The position numbers were made by a program, and so were the translations under genes. Of a DNA stretch of 64,000 nucleotides, positions 56,280-64,000 are shown in pieces. Source of the stretch: Chloroflexota bacterium (GTDB lineage Bacteria > Chloroflexota > Dehalococcoidia > Dehalococcoidales > JACQON01). The DNA lies in the NCBI GenBank assembly GCA_016202545.1, contig JACQON010000016.1, forward strand, positions 575 to 64,574, written 5' to 3'. Numbering within the stretch: the first letter of the stretch is position 1; each line of letters begins with the position of its first letter. The notes beneath the pieces were generated by a model. It ran no database searches. It had not been told where the DNA came from and saw nothing but the letters and a program-made list of their open reading frames with translations.

Positions 56280-57818
56280 ATGAATGGGTTTGAAGTTCAT
56301 GGGCATTATCATGACTTTGAAGGGCATGAAGATATCGCCAACACGCCGATGGATGAGCAGCATCAGATATGGGCGGGGGAGCGGATTGAACTGAAGAGCG
56401 TTGGCATCGATATCGGCTCTACTACCTCCCATCTCATATTCTCCCGGATAGTGCTTCTGCGGAAGGGAGCACTGTTATCCAGCCAATTCCGAGTAGTTGG
56501 CCGGGAAATAACCTATAGATCGAAGGTGCTGCTGACACCCTTTGTCGGTGGCGTTACCATTGCCGTCAAACCTTTGTCTTCCTTTATCTTCAAGACCTAT
56601 AAGGAGGCCGGATTTGCTCCTGAGGATATAGATACTGGTGCTGTTATCATTACCGGGGATGCTGCCAGGAGAGAGAATGCGGAAGCAATCACCGCTTTAT
56701 TCTCAAGGGAAGCCGGTAAGTTCGTCTGTGCCACGGCCGGTCCTAATCTGGAAGCCAGGATGGCAGCCTATGGCTCAGGTGCAGTGGCAATGTCCAAGGG
56801 GGTGGATGGTAAAGGGGTCACCGTTATGAATGTCGATATTGGTGGGGGCACAACCAAGATAGCCATTGTCCAGAATGGTTCGGTTGTTGAAACTGTATCA
56901 CTTAATGTAGGCGCCCGTTTGATTGCCTTCGATGAGGCAAGGCACATCGTTCGCATAGAAGAGGCGGGAAGGCTGATTCTAGCCGCTATCGGGTTAAATT
57001 TGGAGATTGGAGACTATGTTAAACCCGAAGAGGAGCAGAAAATGGCCAAGATACTGGCCAACTGTCTCTTTGAGGTGATGGAGAGAAAGGATTTGTCTCC
57101 CCTCTGTTACAGACTGATGATTACGCCTCCCCTGGCCTTCACCGGCAGGGTAGAAGTGGTTACATTTTCTGGTGGTATTTCTGAATACATCTATGGGCAT
57201 GAAGATGAGAATTATGGTGATATAGGGAGTGTTCTAGCCCTGGAAATCAGGCAGTTGGCATCCCACCCTGAGTTCAATATCCCTCTAAAGGAGCCGGTTG
57301 AGGGAATAAGAGCTACAGTGATTGGGGCTTCTCAGTATACCGTGCAGGTTAGCGGCAGCACCATCTTCATCTCCAGGGACGGGGTCTTGCCCTTACGGAA
57401 TTTGCAAGTGGTTACCCCAAGGTTCCAAGATACGGAGCTAACCCCAGAGTCGATTAAGTCCGCTATCGAACTGTCTTTTCACAGGTTTGATATGGATGTT
57501 GGTGAACGGTCGGTTGCTCTTGCCATGAATTGGCGATTTGGCCCTGCCTACAGTGCGTTGAGAATGCTAGCCCAAGGTATATCCTCAGCGTTGAAGAAGG
57601 CTATCGAAAAGAAGCACCCCTTGGTTCTGGTATTTGACACTGACATAGCCAAACTTCTAGGAAACATGCTGGTCCAGGAGTTCTCAGTAGAATGCGATGT
57701 AGTCTCTATTGATGGTATTGAACTTCAGGATTTTGACTACATTGATATTGGCGAGGTATTGACTAATGTTTCGGTAGTGCCGGTGGCAATAAAGTCTCTT
57801 ATTTTCGCAGCGAGATGA
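56280..57818 (+). CDS. EutA-like reactivase (ASKHA fold; ethanolamine ammonia-lyase reactivating factor family)
   Basis: 512 aa. SVGIDIGSTTSHLIFSRI, GAVIITGDAARRENAEAI, NVDIGGGTTKIAI, ATVIGASQYTVQVSGSTIF, LPLRNL and SVVPVAIKSLIF align with my recollection of enterobacterial EutA. Confidence 0.7.
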   Translation: MNGFEVHGHYHDFEGHEDIANTPMDEQHQIWAGERIELKSVGIDIGSTTSHLIFSRIVLLRKGALLSSQFRVVGREITYRSKVLLTPFVGGVTIAVKPLSSFIFKTYKEAGFAPEDIDTGAVIITGDAARRENAEAITALFSREAGKFVCATAGPNLEARMAAYGSGAVAMSKGVDGKGVTVMNVDIGGGTTKIAIVQNGSVVETVSLNVGARLIAFDEARHIVRIEEAGRLILAAIGLNLEIGDYVKPEEEQKMAKILANCLFEVMERKDLSPLCYRLMITPPLAFTGRVEVVTFSGGISEYIYGHEDENYGDIGSVLALEIRQLASHPEFNIPLKEPVEGIRATVIGASQYTVQVSGSTIFISRDGVLPLRNLQVVTPRFQDTELTPESIKSAIELSFHRFDMDVGERSVALAMNWRFGPAYSALRMLAQGISSALKKAIEKKHPLVLVFDTDIAKLLGNMLVQEFSVECDVVSIDGIELQDFDYIDIGEVLTNVSVVPVAIKSLIFAAR

Positions 57819-57845
57819 GTCTGAAAAAGCAATTTTCCAGCTATC

Positions 57846-58128
57846 CGCCTCGGACAGACCGAGGGACTTTACTACATTGGGTATCCTGCTAGCCAACTCT
57901 CGGTTGCACCTACCCTCCAAAGGAGCATTCGTGGCGAAGAGGAGCCAGTCTGCCCCAAATACCTCATAGATGCATCTTACCGTCGGCGCACTGCCACCGA
58001 TGGCGTTGTCATATATAGAAGAGAGAAAAATAATCGAACAGTTGTTTGGGTAGTACCCGGCCGATGATTTCCTTCTGTGTCGATGCATGGTTAGGATGGA
58101 TATAAACGGGCACTATGTTATCGTCCAT
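57846..58128 (-). pseudogene. Decayed amidohydrolase-2 (ACMSD/LigW-type) gene
   Basis: Two frames are involved. One gives MDDNIVPVYIHPNH... (PV.IHP motif) and ends after 39 codons. A second gives ...EVFGADWLLFATNAPLEG...LGLSEADSWKIAF (compare FG.DR.LFGSDYP ... LS.ED..KI). Most of the expected length of about 330 aa is missing. Confidence 0.45.
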
Positions 58129-58453
58129 GAACACCCCCTTCGTTAGCAGACTTCAATCCTACATATAAAATCATACCCCTTTTAGTGGCCGAATCACCCG
58201 TGCTGGCTGATGGTCAGTGGACGACTAGTTCGGGTCACCCGAGACACGATTCTACCCTCCTGACTTGCCAACAAAACTGACTTCTATCTATTACGCTTTT
58301 ATGAGCCTGCAGGTACTCACCCTTTCTAGATTTCGCCCTGGGCACAGTCTATTATCCGCCCATTACCACCGGATTTTTATATGCAACTTTTAGGTGAAAT
58401 GAGGTAGGATGGATTTAATGGACACCAAAGTCAGGTAGAATAAGAAGACGGAG

Positions 58454-58708
58454 GTGTTTGAAATATTAGTTGTGGATGAGTGCAACACACTTGAGGCAGC
58501 CGATGCTTTAGCTTACCAAAGTCAATATGAAGCTCTTAGCGACCAAATCGTGGGGAGTGAAATAGGTGCCAATCTAATAACTCGGTATAATGAACTCGAA
58601 ACGCTCGGGCAAAAAATAACTAAGTTCTTGCGGGAGATCTTGCTGAGGAGTGATTACATCATGTACACTTGCAGGCTATGCCCAGGGCAGACAAGGCTAT
58701 TACGGTGA
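58454..58708 (+). CDS. Hypothetical protein at the island's tRNA-proximal end
   Basis: 84-aa ORF with an uncertain start and no recognisable family. Confidence 0.2.
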   Translation: MFEILVVDECNTLEAADALAYQSQYEALSDQIVGSEIGANLITRYNELETLGQKITKFLREILLRSDYIMYTCRLCPGQTRLLR

Positions 58709-58723
58709 TTATGGAGGATGGAA

Positions 58724-58920
<197 letters not shown>

Positions 58921-59149
58921 AGACTCTTTACATCATAGTTTATTTCGCCGATACTGTCAATTTCGCGGGCTTCGCCCGGTATTCAGATAAGAAACACATA
59001 AACCACATCATATCTTGCTTGTATCTTCATACCTTGTTCACATCCCCCTGTTATGCTGATAAGCGGAAGGAGATAAAGGATATCGCGCTAAACTATCACC
59101 GGTCTAAAATTCCGAAACCGACTAAACGAAGCAGTAAAGGAGAAACAAA

Positions 59150-59839
59150 ATGAAAAAAATATGGATGCTCGGTCTGATTGTTCTGGTCCTGGGTCTACTG
59201 GCGGCTGGCCCGGCTATCAGGGCACTGGCCCAGGGCCCTGAGGATGGCGGTACTGCCAGCTATGGCGGCGTCTACCTGGACCAGCCTACCCTGGTGCGGC
59301 TGGCCGGGGCGCTGGGGCTGACCCCGGAGGAGCTCGACAGCCGCCTGCAAGAGGGTGAAACATTGACCGAAATAGCCCAGGCGCAAAACGTGCCGACAGA
59401 GGCACTGGTGGAGGCTATCATCGCCCCTCACGCCGCTGATCTTGAGCTACGGGTACGATACGGTTACCTCACCCCGGAGCAGGCTGAGTCGCTTCTTGAA
59501 GCTGCCCGGCAGCGCGCCAGCTTTTTGCTGGAGCAGGACCTGTCCGGAGGTCAGGATAACTACGGCGGGCACTGCGGTTACATGATGGGCGGCAATTGGA
59601 GCGGCATGATGGGCGGCGGTATGATGAATGGCCAGTATGGCCCTGGATACGGCCAGGGTGGCATGATGGGCAACGGCTGGAGGGATTCCAGCTATAGCTC
59701 CAATCAAAGCACAGGCAGCGGCTGGGGGAGCGCTATGGGCCGCTTCTGGAGCGGCGTTACCGGAAGAGGCTGGGGCGGTATGATGGGTAATAACTCGGGC
59801 GGCGGCATGATGGGCGGCGGTATGATGGGCGGCTGGTAG
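59150..59839 (+). CDS. Secreted protein with helical N-domain and Gly/Met-rich C-terminal tail
   Basis: 229 aa with a signal peptide (MKKIWMLGLIVLVLGLLAAGPAIRALA). Repeated LTPEE/LTPEQA helices are reminiscent of DUF2680-type proteins. The roughly 90-aa tail is rich in MMGG motifs (GYMMGGNWSGMMGGGMMNG...GGGMMGGGMMGGW). AGGAGA lies upstream. Confidence 0.7.
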   Translation: MKKIWMLGLIVLVLGLLAAGPAIRALAQGPEDGGTASYGGVYLDQPTLVRLAGALGLTPEELDSRLQEGETLTEIAQAQNVPTEALVEAIIAPHAADLELRVRYGYLTPEQAESLLEAARQRASFLLEQDLSGGQDNYGGHCGYMMGGNWSGMMGGGMMNGQYGPGYGQGGMMGNGWRDSSYSSNQSTGSGWGSAMGRFWSGVTGRGWGGMMGNNSGGGMMGGGMMGGW

Positions 59840-59954
59840 CGCTATCGCCTGCTGGCCGGTTGAGATAAGTCCAGGCGGCGATGTGGTCACCGCCTGGACT
59901 TGCCGCATCTGCAGTGGTGATGTATTCTAGGGATTGGGAAACCGTGGTTCAGAG

Positions 59955-60656
59955 ATGGCTAAAGGCAAAATCCTGGTCGTAGACGACGAAAAGAAGATAG
60001 TAAGCCTGGTACGCGCCTATCTTGAGCGTGATGGTTACCAAGTCGTGGAGGCTAACGATGGCCGCCAGGCCCTGGGCACCTTTCAGCGTGAAAGGCCGGA
60101 CTTGATTGTCCTGGACCTCATGCTTCCTGAGATAGACGGCCTGGAAGTATGCCGGCAGATACGCCGTTCCTCGGAGGTGCCCATAATCATGCTCACCGCC
60201 CGTGATGAAGACGCTGACAAGCTGGTTGGTCTCGAGCTCGGCGCTGACGACTATATCACCAAGCCCTTCAGCCCCAGGGAGCTCGCCGCCAGAGTCCGGG
60301 TGGTGCTGCGCCGTGCCCGTCCGGTGACAGGCCCACCGGCGACGACCCGCCTTGCCCTGGGCGCCCTGGTAGTGGACGAGGCGCGCTTTGAAGCCGCCTG
60401 TCACGGTCGTGTGCTTCCCCTTACCCCCAGTGAGTTCCGTATCCTGGCGGCCTTAGCCCGAAGTCCGGGCCAGGTCATGTCGCGGGTGCAGTTGCTGGAT
60501 GCCCTGGGCGAGACTTACGAGGGCTATGAGCGCACGGTTGACGTCCATATCAAGAACCTGCGGCACAAGCTGGCCACGGCAGGGTCGGGAGAAGGCTGCA
60601 ACATCGCTACCGTCCACGGAGTAGGGTATAAGCTTCAGGAGTCCCGCCATGTTTAA
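59955..60656 (+). CDS. OmpR-family response regulator
   Basis: Start at ATG 59955 (MAKGKILVVDDE). Has a receiver domain (LIVLDLMLPEIDG, ITKPF) plus a winged-helix output domain (VHGVGYKL). Confidence 0.85.
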   Translation: MAKGKILVVDDEKKIVSLVRAYLERDGYQVVEANDGRQALGTFQRERPDLIVLDLMLPEIDGLEVCRQIRRSSEVPIIMLTARDEDADKLVGLELGADDYITKPFSPRELAARVRVVLRRARPVTGPPATTRLALGALVVDEARFEAACHGRVLPLTPSEFRILAALARSPGQVMSRVQLLDALGETYEGYERTVDVHIKNLRHKLATAGSGEGCNIATVHGVGYKLQESRHV

Positions 60657-61803
60657 GTTCAAGTTGCTAAATCGCCTGTCGGTAAGGCTCACCGCCGCCT
60701 TTCTACTGGCCGCCACTCTGGGTGTGGCCCTGGTGGCGGTGCTGGCCTACCGCTCCGCCGCCAGTGATTTCGGGGCTTTTCTCGGCCATGTTGAAGCCAT
60801 GCAGGGCATGATGGGCGGCAGGATGGGTGGTATGATGGACGGCATTATCGCCCAGGCGGCAGCCGATTTTATGCGCAACCTGGAGCAGACGCTATGGATT
60901 GCCGGGGCCCTCGGCGTCACCCTGGCCATAGTCCTTGGCGGGCTGTTCACCCGGCACATCGTGGCGCCGGTGGGAGAGGTCGCCGCGGCAGCGCGGCGCG
61001 TCACCCAGGGCGACCTCGGTCAGAAGGTGAAAATTGCCGGTTCCAGCGAGCTGGTGGAGCTGGGCGAGTCCTTCAATGTCATGGCGGCAACCCTGAGCCG
61101 TGACCGGGAACTGCGGAAGAACATGGTGGCTGATATTGCCCATGAGCTGCGCACGCCTCTATCCATATTGCAGGGCAATGTGGAAGCTATGCTGGACGGA
61201 GTTCTGGAGGCCAACGCCGAAAACCTGGCCACACTGCACCAGGAGACGCTGCTTCTGGCGCGGCTGGTAGATGACCTGCGTACCCTCTCCCTGGCTGAGA
61301 GCGGACAGCTCAGGTTTGAAGCCAGAGCCACAGACTTAAAGGAGCTATCCTCGCTGGTCATTGACGGGCTGAAAATCCATTTTGCCGCCAAGGACGTCAA
61401 ACTGGAGATGGAAGCGCCGGCTGACCTAGCGCTCATCTGGGCGGACCCCGGCCGTACCGAGCAGGTGATACGTAACCTTCTCAACAACGCTCTCCACTAC
61501 ACACCGGGGGGCGGCCGTGTCACGGTCAGGCTGGTCCCCGATGGCAGCGGCGTTACTATCTCGATAACGGACACCGGCGTAGGCGTTCCGGAAGAGGACT
61601 TACCCCATGTCTTTGACCGCTTCTACCGGGTTGACCGGTCCCGCACCCGCAGCACCGGCGGCTCAGGTCTGGGCCTGGCCATCGTCAAGCAACTGGTCGA
61701 GGCCCAGGGGGGCCGCGTCTGGGCAACCAGCCAGGAGGGCAAAGGCAGCACCTTCTTTTTCCATCTCCCGTACTCCTCCAGGCCAGGCGGTGTCGTTTCT
61801 TGA
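60649..61803 (+). CDS. Sensor histidine kinase (TM-loop-TM, HAMP, HisKA, HATPase)
   Basis: 384 aa with H-box IAHELRTPLS, N-box LLNNALHYT and G-boxes DTGVGV/GGSGLGLAIV. The short extracytoplasmic loop contains MQGMMGGRMGGMMDG (nt 60799..60843). Confidence 0.85.
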   Translation: MFKFKLLNRLSVRLTAAFLLAATLGVALVAVLAYRSAASDFGAFLGHVEAMQGMMGGRMGGMMDGIIAQAAADFMRNLEQTLWIAGALGVTLAIVLGGLFTRHIVAPVGEVAAAARRVTQGDLGQKVKIAGSSELVELGESFNVMAATLSRDRELRKNMVADIAHELRTPLSILQGNVEAMLDGVLEANAENLATLHQETLLLARLVDDLRTLSLAESGQLRFEARATDLKELSSLVIDGLKIHFAAKDVKLEMEAPADLALIWADPGRTEQVIRNLLNNALHYTPGGGRVTVRLVPDGSGVTISITDTGVGVPEEDLPHVFDRFYRVDRSRTRSTGGSGLGLAIVKQLVEAQGGRVWATSQEGKGSTFFFHLPYSSRPGGVVS

Positions 61804-61808
61804 CTGCC

Positions 61809-62804
61809 ATGCCCAAGGTATACACCGAACCAGGATATGCCGCCCTGTACCGCTCGGGGGAGTTGGAGCGGCGTGCCCGGTGGCTTGAAGACAGGCTGGC
61901 CTCGTGCGACATCTGTCCCAGGGAGTGCCGGGTCAACCGCCTGGAAAATGAGATGGCCTTTTGCCATTCAGGTTACCTGCCCATAGTGTCGGCGGTGTGC
62001 GCTCATTTTGGAGAGGAACCCGCCATTTCCGGGACCAGGGGCTCAGGTACGATATTCTTCGGCAACTGCAATATGAGGTGTGTCTATTGCCAGAACTACC
62101 AGGTCAGCCAGAACTGGAGAAAGCAGGAATCGAAGACGATGGACTACCATACCCTGGCCGAGAAGATGCTTTACCTTCAGGATGAGCTTGGCTGTCATAA
62201 TATCAACTTTGTGACGCCGTCTCACTTTGTCCCGCAGATTGTCCGGGGAGTCCTGGAAGCGGTGCCCTTGGGACTACACGCGCCACTGGTGTACAACACC
62301 TCCGGCTATGACTCCCCTTCCGTCATCAGAGAGCTGGACGGCATCATAGATATTTATCTGCCCGATTTGAGATATGCCTCCGATAAATGGGCCTGGAAGC
62401 TCTCTCACGCGCCGGGTTACGTCCCCCACGCCCGTGAAGCCATCAGGGAAATGTACCGCCAGGTTGGCGACCTGGCAGTGGATGAATCCGGGGTGGCGCA
62501 GCGGGGGCTGATTGTGCGCCATCTCATTTTGCCCAACGGGCTGGCAGGCAGCCAGGAATCGCTCGCCTGGGTGGCACAGGAGCTTTCGCCCACGGTCACC
62601 GTCAGCATCATGGCACAGTACCTGCCGATGCACCGGGCGCCGCAGATACCGTTGCTCTCCCGCAATATTCTCCTGTCAGAATATGAGGAGGTATTCGACT
62701 TATTATCCCGGCTGGGGCTGGAAAACGGCTGGGTGCAGAAAATGGAGGCAGCCGAAAGCTATGTTCCCGATTTTGAACGTGAAGGGCACCCCTTCTGCTC
62801 TTGA
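61809..62804 (+). CDS. Radical SAM protein (PflX-like putative activase family)
   Basis: CNMRCVYCQN is the CxxxCxxC motif, and the N-terminal CDICPRECRVNR...CH is an auxiliary Cys cluster. The listed ORF begins at TTG 61800, overlapping the HK stop. Confidence 0.8.
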   Translation: MPKVYTEPGYAALYRSGELERRARWLEDRLASCDICPRECRVNRLENEMAFCHSGYLPIVSAVCAHFGEEPAISGTRGSGTIFFGNCNMRCVYCQNYQVSQNWRKQESKTMDYHTLAEKMLYLQDELGCHNINFVTPSHFVPQIVRGVLEAVPLGLHAPLVYNTSGYDSPSVIRELDGIIDIYLPDLRYASDKWAWKLSHAPGYVPHAREAIREMYRQVGDLAVDESGVAQRGLIVRHLILPNGLAGSQESLAWVAQELSPTVTVSIMAQYLPMHRAPQIPLLSRNILLSEYEEVFDLLSRLGLENGWVQKMEAAESYVPDFEREGHPFCS

Positions 62805-63222
62805 AACCCGGAAATCGAGCGCAGGCCGTGGCGGTATCTACCCTGCGGCACCCCGGTTGTGGCAAAGTACGCTCATTTCGTGTACAATATAGGTACAACA
62901 AATAAGATAGTTGCCGCAGCTCTGGCTATATGAGAGAGAAAAGTATGCAACGGGGTTTGGGGACAGGTAGCTGATGCGCTCGTTTTGGGAATATTCCCGC
63001 CGCCACCGCTTCCGAACAAGACCTCTTCACCCGGTAAGGGCTTCACTTCAGTAGGCTGGAGACAGCAGGATTGTGGTTCACACATTGAAATAGCTCTCTA
63101 CAGCGAAGCCAAGTCCGCCGTTATCCGCGCTCTCCTAGTGAACACCGCGAACTGCCGCTTGGACTTGCCCGGAGACTAAGCCAGGTATTACGGCCGATTT
63201 AGGAAAGGACTTTATCGAGTAT

Positions 63223-64000
63223 ATGAATTATCGCAACGACATAAGGAATATCGCCATCATCGCCCATGTTGACCATGGTAAAACTACCCTGGTAGATGCC
63301 ATGCTCAAACAGAGCCATGTCTTCCGGGACAACCAGCAGGTAGGCGAGTTGATAATGGACCAGAATGTGCTTGAGCGGGAAAAAGGCATAACCATCATGG
63401 CCAAAAATACGGCTGTGGTCTACCGCGGCGTCAAAATCAATATCATCGATACCCCGGGGCATGCTGATTTCAGCGGTGAAGTGGAGCGGGTCATAAGCAT
63501 GGCTGACGGCTGTCTGCTTCTGGTGGACTCCGTGGAAGGTCCCATGCCTCAGACCAGGTTTGTGCTCCGCCGGGCTCTTGAAAAGGGCCTGAAACCGATT
63601 GTGGTTATCAACAAGATAGACCGTGCCAACTCGCGGATAGCGGAGGTGCTTACGCTCACCCAGGACCTCTTCCTGGAGTTGGCCACCAGCGCTGACCAGC
63701 TTGACTTCCAGGTGCTGTATGCCAGTGCCAGGGAAGGCATAGCCACCAACGAACCAGGGATGAAAGGCAAAGACATCGCGCCCATCTTCGAAAGCATTTT
63801 AGAAAAGGTGCCGCCCCCGCAAATCGAGGCCGGGCCGTTTCAAATGCTGGTCTCTAACCTGGACTACGACAACCACAAAGGCAGAATAGCTATCGGCAGA
63901 ATCTGGAGGGGCAAGGTGGCCGCCCATGACCGCGTCGTCAGCGTGAGCGCCGACGGGGCCCTAACTTACGGTGAGATTGATGAAGTATTCACCTACCTCG
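63223..64000 (+). CDS. typA: Translational GTPase TypA/BipA, 5' part (3' end outside window)
   Basis: Not in the ORF track because there is no stop in the window. Translation begins [28 protein letters not shown]..., with [14 protein letters not shown] and NKIDR G-motifs and the order of elements typical of TypA. Confidence 0.9.
   Translation, partial: MNYRNDIRNIAIIAHVDHGKTTLVDAMLKQSHVFRDNQQVGELIMDQNVLEREKGITIMAKNTAVVYRGVKINIIDTPGHADFSGEVERVISMADGCLLLVDSVEGPMPQTRFVLRRALEKGLKPIVVINKIDRANSRIAEVLTLTQDLFLELATSADQLDFQVLYASAREGIATNEPGMKGKDIAPIFESILEKVPPPQIEAGPFQMLVSNLDYDNHKGRIAIGRIWRGKVAAHDRVVSVSADGALTYGEIDEVFTYL

Noticed and set aside
57684-57845. 3' portion of minus-strand ORF 57684..58088 overlapping the end of the EutA-like gene
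   Set aside because: Amidohydrolase-like similarity ends around ...LSEADSWKIAF. The remainder is read-through antisense to the EutA-like gene, so the feature was trimmed and called a pseudogene.

Overview
The 64-kb window has a high-GC housekeeping core with lower-GC accessory DNA on both sides. GC was hand-counted on single 60-nt lines: about 65% at 17101, 50% at 3001, 42% at 47001 and 27% at 13201.

(1) 1-11.0 kb is a carboxylate uptake and (de)carboxylation cluster. It holds two complete TRAP transporters plus the end of a third binding protein. Between them are two divergent UbiD-family genes bracketing a 65-aa BsdD/VdcD-like zinc-ribbon subunit, an FrdA/AprA-like flavoprotein and a small ferredoxin.

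(2) 11.0-14.05 kb is a mosaic junction: a decayed radical-SAM gene, a roughly 292-bp module encoding a 46-aa zinc-ribbon protein, a 5'-truncated tyrosine integrase, and two tRNA-Ser genes enclosing a very AT-rich gene for a HEPN-motif protein.

(3) 14.05-44.45 kb is core. It starts with a 779-aa Ala/Glu repeat plus TPR protein. The other genes are dprA, topA, xerC, pepP, efp, clpP, tig, aspS, arsR-acr3, cutA, tgt, ruvX, alaS, czcD and trxB, plus a small hicB islet.

(4) 44,458-58,895 is a roughly 14.4-kb island integrated in a tRNA(CAT) gene and bounded by 49-bp direct repeats. It carries an integrase, a second inverted copy of the zinc-ribbon module, a two-component system, an EamA exporter, a TctCCAB transporter, a bicupin, an orphan EutA-like reactivase and an amidohydrolase pseudogene.

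(5) 58.9-64 kb is core again: a secreted Gly/Met-rich protein with an OmpR/HK pair, a PflX-like radical SAM gene and the start of typA.

I found no rRNA genes and no CRISPR arrays. All family assignments come from motifs read by eye and recalled from memory. No database search was run. The taxon is unknown; lipoprotein binding proteins with Pro/Thr linkers suggest a monoderm, possibly Chloroflexota-like, but that is a guess.
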